Shown: positions 46,744 to 54,050 of the stretch, piece after piece
How positions within the stretch are numbered: position 1 is the stretch's first letter
How the letters are laid out: each line of letters begins with the position of its first letter
DNA from: Bacteroidales bacterium
Lineage (GTDB): Bacteria > Bacteroidota > Bacteroidia > Bacteroidales > WCHB1-69
Reading direction: 5' to 3'
Assembly (NCBI GenBank): GCA_024685175.1
Contig: JAIKWD010000030.1
Location: 10,198-74,197, forward strand
DNA: 64,000 bases
Program-made: the position numbers and the translations under genes
Notes under the pieces: model-generated
What the model was told of the DNA's origin: nothing
Database searches by the model: none
What the model saw: only the letters and a program-made list of their open reading frames with translations

Positions 46744-46790
46744 GGGTGCAAAGATAAAAAAAAGATGCTTGTTCCCAAGCACCTTTTGTC

Positions 46791-46940
46791 TTAATTGTTG
46801 ATGAGGATAATCTGTTTTCCGTATACGTTTGCAACCACTTCCATTGTCCGCGAATAGTTTAAAATGTTGTCAATGATTCGCCGGGAAGGTCTTTGTTGTT
46901 TTACAGATTTCCTCTCTAAAGAAGTAGAGAGTTTCTCCAT
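46791..46940 (-). CDS. 49-aa small protein, unknown function
   Basis: Below the track cutoff. My own translation: MEKLSTSLERKSVKQQRPSRRIIDNILNYSRTMEVVANVYGKQIILINN*. It has its own -7 box 33 nt upstream. Confidence 0.45.
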   Translation of the reverse strand: MEKLSTSLERKSVKQQRPSRRIIDNILNYSRTMEVVANVYGKQIILINN

Positions 46941-46973
46941 TGGCAATTTGTTTTGTTAATACATCATTTTTTA

Positions 46974-46981
46974 CAAAGTTA
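46974..46981 (-). promoter_or_regulatory. -7 promoter box (TAACTTTG on minus strand) for the small ORF
   Basis: Plus strand reads CAAAGTTA. Lies 33 nt upstream of the ATG at 46940. Confidence 0.5.
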
Positions 46982-47065
46982 ATAACGAGATTCACCTACT
47001 ATTATTTTATAACCTCGTTTTTTTTTTTGTAAAAAAGATTCAAGCCCAGGAATAGGGTAGTGTAA

Positions 47066-47434
47066 CTACTTCTTAAACAGAAAGTAGACTGCTGCCACAA
47101 GCAACGCGAAACCAATTAAATGGTTGATACGGAAAGGTTGGTCCTTGAAGAATATCAACATAAATATGGTAAATACGGTCAGGGACACCGCCTCCTGAAT
47201 GACTTTCAACTGCCAGAGATTGAAGGGCCCGCCATTATCGATATAGCCGATACGGTTTGCCGGCACCTGACAACAATATTCGAACAACGCAATGCCCCAA
47301 CTAAACAGGATCACCAACGGCAGCGACAATTTCGAGAACCAAGTGGCACTCTGCAATTTCAGATGACTGTACCACGCCAACGTCATAAACACGTTGGAAC
47401 ATAACAACAAGGCGACACTATAAAATCCTTTCAT
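47066..47434 (-). CDS. DMT-superfamily small membrane protein (DUF486 type)
   Basis: MKGFYSVALLLCSNVFMTLAWYSHLK... with four TM segments. The upstream extension in track ORF 47530 has no support. Confidence 0.7.
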   Translation of the reverse strand: MKGFYSVALLLCSNVFMTLAWYSHLKLQSATWFSKLSLPLVILFSWGIALFEYCCQVPANRIGYIDNGGPFNLWQLKVIQEAVSLTVFTIFMLIFFKDQPFRINHLIGFALLVAAVYFLFKK

Positions 47435-47543
47435 ATCAATTCTATTATCTTTCGTGAAATCGGCGACAAAAATAGGAAAAACTACCCATTTTAATAATAT
47501 CGCATCGAGAAGGCGATAATTCAAGGTCACCTTGTCGTGTGAA

Positions 47544-47563
47544 CGGAATATTCGAATATTCCG
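47544..47563. promoter_or_regulatory. perfect 20-nt palindrome, possible operator
   Basis: CGGAATATTCGAATATTCCG. Lies 110 nt upstream of the DMT gene start, at the edge of a ~540-bp AT-rich non-coding region. Confidence 0.35.
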
Positions 47564-48011
47564 AAACGGCTATTTACAACTATGGTCGATGAGCCGCACA
47601 ATTCATATTATACAAATAAGCTATACCTGATGTTTACCGTTGTATTATATTTTACAAAAGTACACAAACAGCAAACACCGCAGTAACACATGTAAAATTA
47701 TATATTTTACAATTATACCACATATTAACTACGTAATATCTCGCAAATATTACGTTTGGGTATGTAGTATTGCGTCTTCGGTTGCTCCAGTTGTGTGTTT
47801 AATGATTGATATAACTCAAATACTTGATAGCCAAATATATTATATTATTTATTTAAAGAATATAATCATATAAACGTCTAAGTTTATCAACATTTTATAC
47901 CTATGGTTAATAAATTCATCATATTATTTATAATCAATTATTTATATGTATTATATAAATTAAAAATTCAAGAACTTATAAACACATGCAGAATTCTGTT
48001 TGATAATATAG

Positions 48012-48019
48012 TATTTTTG
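48012..48019 (+). promoter_or_regulatory. -7 promoter box TATTTTTG for the HTH gene
   Basis: Lies 56 nt upstream of the ATG at 48075. Confidence 0.5.
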
Positions 48020-48074
48020 CCAGCTGTAACAACGATTGTTTTTAAGTAATTATTAGATATTTTTCAATTGTAAA

Positions 48075-48662
48075 ATGGTTGACAGAATTAAACAAGTAAT
48101 GGAGTATGAACAAATGTCATCTATGGCATTTGCAGACAAGATTAACATCAGCAGATCGAGTCTTACGCACATATTCAATGGCCGAAACCAGCCCAGTCTG
48201 GATGTTGCTAAGAAGATTCTGATTGCCTTCCCGGAGATTAGCACGGAGTGGTTGATTATGGGTATGGGACAGATGTTGCAAAACGTTCCTGTCGTTGACC
48301 CCGCACCACAACCGTCAACAAGGCCGGTCGACAATATGCAGCAGACCGACTTGTTTGCCCAGTTTTCGGAACCTGAGGAAGTCGAAGTTTCGGAGCCAAC
48401 TCCTTCTACTGAACCGCAAGTGGTTGAGAATAAGATCGAAACACCAATTCTAGAGTCTGCTTCTGAGCCTGAAACTACGGTACAAGTTGATCCCGTGGTC
48501 AACCATAAGCCCGGTCGTCCGCGCTCAAAATCGCCAGAATCGCATAATGCGGTCGGCAACCCACGACGAGATCGAATTTTGAATTCTCAGGGCGATAAGA
48601 AATTGGTGAAAATCGTCCTCTTCTACGAAGACAGGAGCTTTGAGGAGTATCGACCTTGTTAG
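48075..48662 (+). CDS. XRE-type helix-turn-helix protein with a disordered Pro/Glu-rich middle
   Basis: The N-terminus SSMAFADKINISRSSLTHIFNGRNQPSLDVAKKIL is an HTH_XRE pattern. Low-complexity PxP/E region, then a short C-terminal block KLVKIVLFYEDRSFEEY. Confidence 0.7.
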   Translation: MVDRIKQVMEYEQMSSMAFADKINISRSSLTHIFNGRNQPSLDVAKKILIAFPEISTEWLIMGMGQMLQNVPVVDPAPQPSTRPVDNMQQTDLFAQFSEPEEVEVSEPTPSTEPQVVENKIETPILESASEPETTVQVDPVVNHKPGRPRSKSPESHNAVGNPRRDRILNSQGDKKLVKIVLFYEDRSFEEYRPC

Positions 48663-48671
48663 AGCGAAACA

Positions 48672-48705
48672 AAAAAAGGCGGCTGAAAAGCCGCCTTTTT
48701 TGTTT
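48672..48705. terminator. bidirectional intrinsic terminator between convergent genes
   Basis: AAAAAAGGCGGC tgaaaa GCCGCCTTTTTT. Confidence 0.8.
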
Positions 48706-48719
48706 GGATACGGAATCTA

Positions 48720-49556
48720 CTAGTATTTGTAGAAACCTTCGCCGGTTTTGCGTCCGAGCAGGCCGGCGCGCACCATCTTGCGCAACAGGGGGTGCGGGCG
48801 ATACTTGGGATCGCCGAACTCGTTATAGAGCACTTCCATAATAGCGAGGTTGACATCGTTGCCGATAAGGTCGGCCAAGGCCAACGGGCCCATCGGATGG
48901 TTGGCGCCCAACATCATACACTTGTCGATGTCTTCGGCGGAAGCGATACCGTCGGCCAAGATGCCCACGGCCTCGTTGATCATCGGGATAAGGATACGGT
49001 TGACGACAAAGCCAGGCGCTTCGTTCACGAGCACCGGCGTCTTGCCGATGGAGGTAGCCAAGTCGACGATGAGTTTGCAGACCTCTTCGGAGGTCACTTG
49101 TCCCTTGATGACTTCCACTAGGGCCATTCTATCGGCCGGATTGAAGAAGTGCATACCGATGAATTGGGCCGGGCGGCTGGTGCAGGCAGCGATCTCGGTA
49201 ATGGAGAGTGAAGAGGAGTTGGTGGCGAAGATCGTCTCCGGCTTGCAGATCTTGTCCAATTCGGTGAAGACGTCCTTCTTGAGTTGCATATCCTCCACAG
49301 CGGCTTCGATCACGAGATCGGCATCTGCGAATGTGTTATAGTCCGTAGTGGTGGTGATATTGGCGAGGATGGCCTTCACGGCGTCTTCTGTGAGTTTGCC
49401 CTTCTCGACCAACTTGCCGTAGCCCTTCTCGAAGGAAGCCATTGCCTTGTCCAAAGAGGCTTGGGTTCTGGATTTCATTACTACCGGCATTTTGGCGGCA
49501 AAGGCCTTTACGATGCCTTTTGCCATAGTTCCTGTTCCGATTACACAAATTTTCAT
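48720..49556 (-). CDS. hbd: 3-hydroxybutyryl-CoA dehydrogenase
   Basis: [15 protein letters not shown] (Rossmann fold), [17 protein letters not shown], and C-terminus [11 protein letters not shown]. Confidence 0.88.
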   Translation of the reverse strand: MKICVIGTGTMAKGIVKAFAAKMPVVMKSRTQASLDKAMASFEKGYGKLVEKGKLTEDAVKAILANITTTTDYNTFADADLVIEAAVEDMQLKKDVFTELDKICKPETIFATNSSSLSITEIAACTSRPAQFIGMHFFNPADRMALVEVIKGQVTSEEVCKLIVDLATSIGKTPVLVNEAPGFVVNRILIPMINEAVGILADGIASAEDIDKCMMLGANHPMGPLALADLIGNDVNLAIMEVLYNEFGDPKYRPHPLLRKMVRAGLLGRKTGEGFYKY

Positions 49557-49597
49557 AACAGTGGTTTTTAATTTATTGGGTTAATTATTGATGTTGA

Positions 49598-50374
49598 TTA
49601 TTTGTTTTGAAACTTTGGGGCGGCCTTAGTGAGGAAGGCGGTCATACCCTCCTTCTGGTCCTGGGTGGCGAAGCACTTGCCGAACATCTTGTTCTCGAAG
49701 GCGATGGCGTCATCGGCCTTGAGGTCGTACTCCTCGTTGATGCACACCTTGGCGTAGCGTACTGCGATAGGGGCGTTGGCGACGATTCGATTAGCGAGGT
49801 TCATTGCCTCTTCCATCAATTGTTCGGGCTCATAGATTGCGTTGACGAGGCCGACACGGAGGGCTTCGTCGGCGCGGATGGCCTTGCCCGTATAGATCAT
49901 CTCCTTGGCGTAGCCCATACCGACCATCTTGGCCAGACGATAGGTGCCTGAGAAGCCGGGGATGATGCCGAGGCCCACTTCCGGTTGGCCGAACTTGGCC
50001 TTGTTGGAGGCGATACGGATGTCGCACGCCAGAGCCAACTCGCAGCCGCCGCCGAGGGCGAAGCCGTTCACTGCGGCGATAACGGGGATGGGCAGCGTCT
50101 CGATCTTGCGGAACACGGCGGCACCCAACTTGCCGAAGGTCTCGCCCTCGGACTCATTTAGGTTGGCCATCTCCGAGATGTCGGCACCGGCCACGAAGGA
50201 TTTTTCCCCATCGCCCGTGATGATGAGCACACGCGTTTCGGGAGTGATATGATCAAGAAAATCGTCCAACTCTTTCAGGATATTGGAGTTAAGCGCATTG
50301 AGAGATTTAGGGGCGGAAATGGCTAACGTACATACCGCGTCCGTTTGGTTGATTTTCAAAAAGTTGTATTCCAT
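49598..50374 (-). CDS. crt: enoyl-CoA hydratase (crotonase)
   Basis: FVAGADISEM, AAVNGFALGGGCELALACDIRIA, GQPEVGLGIIPG. Confidence 0.88.
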   Translation of the reverse strand: MEYNFLKINQTDAVCTLAISAPKSLNALNSNILKELDDFLDHITPETRVLIITGDGEKSFVAGADISEMANLNESEGETFGKLGAAVFRKIETLPIPVIAAVNGFALGGGCELALACDIRIASNKAKFGQPEVGLGIIPGFSGTYRLAKMVGMGYAKEMIYTGKAIRADEALRVGLVNAIYEPEQLMEEAMNLANRIVANAPIAVRYAKVCINEEYDLKADDAIAFENKMFGKCFATQDQKEGMTAFLTKAAPKFQNK

Positions 50375-50401
50375 ATAGGTGTGTATTTTCTAAAACGATT
50401 G

Positions 50402-50409
50402 CAAAAATA
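50402..50409 (-). promoter_or_regulatory. -7 promoter box (TATTTTTG on minus strand) for crt-hbd
   Basis: Plus strand reads CAAAAATA. Lies 28 nt upstream of the ATG at 50374. Confidence 0.55.
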
Positions 50410-50414
50410 CAAAT

Positions 50415-50814
50415 TTATTTCTGTTGCTGAACAAATTTGTCCAGTTCTTTCTTGTTGCGGTCAAACTCAAACAATTGGCAAATCCGGCTGATCTGGTTTA
50501 CCGTCAGCAGATTATTGGATGCCACCTGCTTAGCGGTGGAAAGCTTGGTATTTTCAAAATCCTCGCTTTTAATCACGGACAAAGCCCGTTGGAAATCAAT
50601 CTCGTTCATAGCAATGGGCCCGGGTGCGGGTGTTGGAACCGGCATGGGCTGGTGCATATCGTGATTATGAGGATGTTCCCCATGTTGGTGTGGATCAGGT
50701 TGGCCATGACGTTGTGTTGGAACAGAAACGGCTCTCTGAAAAGAAACCAATTGTCATAATCAGCAATTCAACCCAGAACTTCTTGGTTTTGAGGATGTTT
50801 AAAATATTTTTCAT
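50415..50814 (-). pseudogene. DUF4476-domain gene with an apparent frame disruption near its 5' end
   Basis: ATG 50814 opens MKNILNILKTKKFWVELLIMTIGFFSESRFCSNTTSWPT* (stop at 50695-50697). The DUF4476-like part (IDFQRALSVIKSEDFENTKLSTAKQVASNNLLTVNQISRICQLFEFDRNKKEL) is in the adjacent frame. That frame opens only at TTG 50750, just after a stop. Confidence 0.45.
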
Positions 50815-50894
50815 GTTAGAAGACAATTAGTGTTTGAAGTGTTTATTTTTAGCGTGCAAAGAAAGATAGTATTATTTTTCTTGGCCCCTTTTCG

Positions 50895-50902
50895 TATTTT
50901 TG
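50895..50902 (+). promoter_or_regulatory. -7 promoter box TATTTTTG for the sigma-fusion gene
   Basis: Lies 25 nt upstream of the ATG at 50927. Confidence 0.55.
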
Positions 50903-50926
50903 CGTCATTATTGTAAAAACAGGTAA

Positions 50927-52264
50927 ATGCAGGCACAGCAATTCTGGACGAAGGCATATCAGCGCAATATCGGCAAGATGATCGGAATGAACTTCCGCTA
51001 TGTGGGCGACCGTGCCATTGCCGAAGACCTTGCGCACGACGCTTTTCTCAAGGCCATTGAGAAATCGAAAAACTACCGTCATTTGGGCAGTTTTGAGGGG
51101 TGGTTAATGCGTGTGAATCTGAATAACACACTGGATTATATGCGTCGGCAACCGCAATTCCTGTCGTTTGACAATATGGATGTGATGGAGACACCCCAAG
51201 AGATAGAAGAGTCACATTATGACAATTTCAGCGAATCCGACATTCTGGATGCCATTGCCCAGCTGCCTAACAAACACCGCATGGTATTCAACTTGCATGT
51301 CTTCGAGAACCAGAAGCACACCAAAATTGCCGAAACCCTGCAAATAGGGGAGCGCAGTTCCAAGCGTTATCTTGCAGAAGCAAGGGTTAGGTTGCAGCAG
51401 TTATTGAAAGACAAACAACAACATAAAAAATTGGGCATTATGATTCTATTATCTTTGATTTCAATACGGGGGCATGCCGTGGATCGTCTTTGTCGCGCCA
51501 AACTGAAGCATTTGTCCTTGACGCCGACGGGATCGTCCCCGCTGACGGCATTCCAATGGACCACCGCGCCACAACCTTCCTCGTGGCTGGTTCTTTCCGC
51601 CGCCCAAGGTCCAGTGGCGGCAGGCGTCACGGGTGTTGGCGTAGCCGCCGCTGTGGCTGGGTCTGTGGCTATATGGCAAGCCCAGCCCTCGGAATGCACA
51701 TCCCCTCATATCCCGGAATCTGCCGTTGACACGATTGGAGCACCCTTGATGGTATCCCCGCAAAACACGGATACCATTGTATGTGTAGAGACAACGCGCA
51801 TATCGTCCCTACAGGATAAAGAATCCGCTGTTTCCCCTGAACAAAACAATCCGTCCACCGAACAACAAACGCAACGCCCAGCCCCGACTCAGTCCGAAAC
51901 ACGCCAGACCATACATTATGCGCCGAAATCCAATCATGGCCTTACTATATTTTGGCGCAATGGCTACTGTGGTCTGCAAGACGAAGAAGGGAACATTATC
52001 GTGTATCCGAAATACTCCGATATCGGACCTTTTGGCAAGTACAGGAGCGGCTGGGCAATGGTGGACCTGTTCGGATTCAAGGGTTTTATCGACAGCAATG
52101 GGCGGGAGGTCGTACACCCCCAATACGATGAAATCGGCACATTCGGTTACTATATGGATGGAAGGGCATGGGTGCGCAAAGGGAATTTATACGGTTTGAT
52201 TGACCTGACCGGACGGGAGGTGGTGCCCGTGACACACAAACTAAAAGAATTGATTCAACATTAA
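50927..52264 (+). CDS. ECF-type sigma-70 factor fused to hydrophobic spans and a C-terminal WG-repeat domain
   Basis: Region 2: AEDLAHDAFLKAIEKSKNY...WLMRVNLNNTLDYMRR. Region 4: LPNKHRMVFNLHVFENQKHTKIAETLQIGERSSKRYLAEARVRL. Then LGIMILLSLISI, VAAGVTGVGVAAAVAGSVAIW, a P/S/T/Q-rich linker, and WG-type repeats (YCGLQDEEGNIIVYPKYSDIGPF, FKGFIDSNGREVVHPQYDEIGTF, LYGLIDLTGREVVPV). Confidence 0.7.
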   Translation: MQAQQFWTKAYQRNIGKMIGMNFRYVGDRAIAEDLAHDAFLKAIEKSKNYRHLGSFEGWLMRVNLNNTLDYMRRQPQFLSFDNMDVMETPQEIEESHYDNFSESDILDAIAQLPNKHRMVFNLHVFENQKHTKIAETLQIGERSSKRYLAEARVRLQQLLKDKQQHKKLGIMILLSLISIRGHAVDRLCRAKLKHLSLTPTGSSPLTAFQWTTAPQPSSWLVLSAAQGPVAAGVTGVGVAAAVAGSVAIWQAQPSECTSPHIPESAVDTIGAPLMVSPQNTDTIVCVETTRISSLQDKESAVSPEQNNPSTEQQTQRPAPTQSETRQTIHYAPKSNHGLTIFWRNGYCGLQDEEGNIIVYPKYSDIGPFGKYRSGWAMVDLFGFKGFIDSNGREVVHPQYDEIGTFGYYMDGRAWVRKGNLYGLIDLTGREVVPVTHKLKELIQH

Positions 52265-52301
52265 CATTCAGCGCTTATTTATGTTTTTAAATCCAACACC
52301 A

Positions 52302-53258
52302 ATGAAAAAAATAGTATTAACCTGCATTATCATTTTGGCAATCAGTGTTTTGCATGCACAATCAAACGGCAATTCCGATATGGATGTCACAGCCGTGGAT
52401 ATTGATTTGCCAGGTAATATCATCATAAAGCAATCCACCGGAACTCAAATGTGGAGCGTAAAAGCCAACAACCATAATTACTCACAGTATGTCCACGCTG
52501 AAGTCGCCGATGGAAAACTTCTTCTTTATCTGGACGACGCCGCACCGAAAGTGGAAATGGGCATCCAGGTGGAGATACAACTTCCTGTTCTGAAGGAACT
52601 TTCTTTGCACGGTACATGCGATGTGCTTATTACCACTCGCAATGAACCACAATTGAGTGTCCGGCATTATGGCACAGGTAATTGTAATTTAGTAGCGTTG
52701 AATATTGGAAAATTCTTGGAATTGCATAACAATGGGACAGGCAGTATCAAGATCGTGGAACGGCTTGACATGGAAACTGGTGAAAGTATCCCATTCATCG
52801 TTCCCATAATTAGCACCGAATCCCTGCTCCTTCACAATTCTGGTACTGGAAACATCTCCCTTGAATCCTGTTCGGCCAGTTCTGTGGTGATCAATAATCA
52901 GGGAACGGGCGATGTGATTGCAAACATGCTGAACTCCGAAACCGAAGTTATGACGTTGGAAAACAAAGGCACGGGCGAACTCAATCTTCTTAACCTGAAT
53001 GTGAAGCAGTTGGGGTTGAAAAACATAGGGACGGGCAATGTAAAACTAAACGGCAAAGCAGAATCTTTACGGCTGTATTGTGTCGGGATTGGAGATGTAA
53101 AAGCTCCTTCGTTAGTAGCTAAGACAGCACACATTACGAATAGCGGAACAGGCTATATCAAAGCCAATGTCACGGACACCGCGTACATTTCCAATCAATG
53201 TGATGCAAAGAATGTAGAAATTATTGGAGGTGGCAAGGTGGTAAGGGAGTGTTTTTGA
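52302..53258 (+). CDS. GIN-domain (DUF2807-like) repeat protein with signal peptide
   Basis: MKKIVLTCIIILAISVLHA, then repeated N-x-GTG-x-hydrophobic motifs: NNGTGSIKI, NSGTGNISL, NQGTGDVIA, NKGTGELNL, NIGTGNVKL, NSGTGYIKA. Confidence 0.65.
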   Translation: MKKIVLTCIIILAISVLHAQSNGNSDMDVTAVDIDLPGNIIIKQSTGTQMWSVKANNHNYSQYVHAEVADGKLLLYLDDAAPKVEMGIQVEIQLPVLKELSLHGTCDVLITTRNEPQLSVRHYGTGNCNLVALNIGKFLELHNNGTGSIKIVERLDMETGESIPFIVPIISTESLLLHNSGTGNISLESCSASSVVINNQGTGDVIANMLNSETEVMTLENKGTGELNLLNLNVKQLGLKNIGTGNVKLNGKAESLRLYCVGIGDVKAPSLVAKTAHITNSGTGYIKANVTDTAYISNQCDAKNVEIIGGGKVVRECF

Positions 53259-53290
53259 AAAAAAATCAAGTGTGCACACCATTTTTTTTG

Positions 53291-53298
53291 TATCTTTG
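53291..53298 (+). promoter_or_regulatory. -7 promoter box TATCTTTG for the CoA-transferase/bcd/etf operon
   Basis: Lies 57 nt upstream of the ATG at 53355. Confidence 0.55.
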
Positions 53299-53354
53299 CC
53301 CGCCTTTATAGCGGGCATTTCGTTTTTAATATTAACTCAAAAAAACATACGATT

Positions 53355-54017
53355 ATGGAAAAAGCTCAAATGAGAGAGGTTATCGCCAAGCGAGTGGCCA
53401 AAGAACTCAAAGACGGCGATCTCGTCAACCTGGGTATCGGTCTGCCGACTATGGTACCAAACTATTTGCCTGACAACGTACACGTCATTCTCCAGACCGA
53501 GAACGGTATGATTGGTATGGGTCCGACCCCTGAAGAGGGTAAGGAAGATGCCGATTTCATTAATTCCGGTGGCGGTTTCATTACCGCACAGCCGGGAGCC
53601 GTATCGTTCAGTTCCGCCGATTCCTTCGCTTTGATCCGTGGTGGTCACGTGGACGCCACCGTCCTCGGCGCTATGCAGGTGGACGAGCACGGCGACATCG
53701 CCAACTGGATGATTCCTGGCAAGTTGACCCCAGGTATGGGCGGCGCTATGGACCTGCTCATCGGTGCCAAAACGGTCATCGTGGCTATGGAGCACACTCA
53801 GAAGGGCAATCCCAAGATATTGCACAAATGCAACCTGCCCCTTACCGCTAAGGGCGCCGTTGATATGATCGTCACCGAAATGGGTGTCATCAAGGTCACC
53901 GACAAGGGACTGGTTTTGACCGAACTGCATCCCGAGTTCACTGTGGAAGATGTGAAGGCAGCCACCGAGGCCGACCTTATCATCTCTCCGGACCTCAAGC
54001 CGATGCAACTAGACTAA
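53355..54017 (+). CDS. 3-oxoacid CoA-transferase subunit B
   Basis: LVNLGIGLPT, LQTENGMIGMGP (catalytic Glu), GMGGAMDL. No subunit A gene is present in the window. Confidence 0.85.
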   Translation: MEKAQMREVIAKRVAKELKDGDLVNLGIGLPTMVPNYLPDNVHVILQTENGMIGMGPTPEEGKEDADFINSGGGFITAQPGAVSFSSADSFALIRGGHVDATVLGAMQVDEHGDIANWMIPGKLTPGMGGAMDLLIGAKTVIVAMEHTQKGNPKILHKCNLPLTAKGAVDMIVTEMGVIKVTDKGLVLTELHPEFTVEDVKAATEADLIISPDLKPMQLD

Positions 54018-54050
54018 TTCTTTAATCGACAATTAAATCAACAACAGACA

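Noticed and set aside
47640-47873. 77-aa plus-strand ORF in the AT-rich region
   Set aside because: It starts at TTG and is composed of Ile/Tyr/Lys/Asn codons, as expected by chance in AT-rich DNA. No promoter box precedes it.
47435-48074. Possibility that the AT-rich region is a replication origin, given that parAB and yidC are in the same window
   Set aside because: I found no good DnaA boxes by eye. The only candidates are a single one-mismatch TTATCAACA and a disrupted TTATACCACA. There is no dnaA or dnaN nearby, and parAB lie 37 kb away. A proper DnaA-box and GC-skew scan would be needed to revive this idea.
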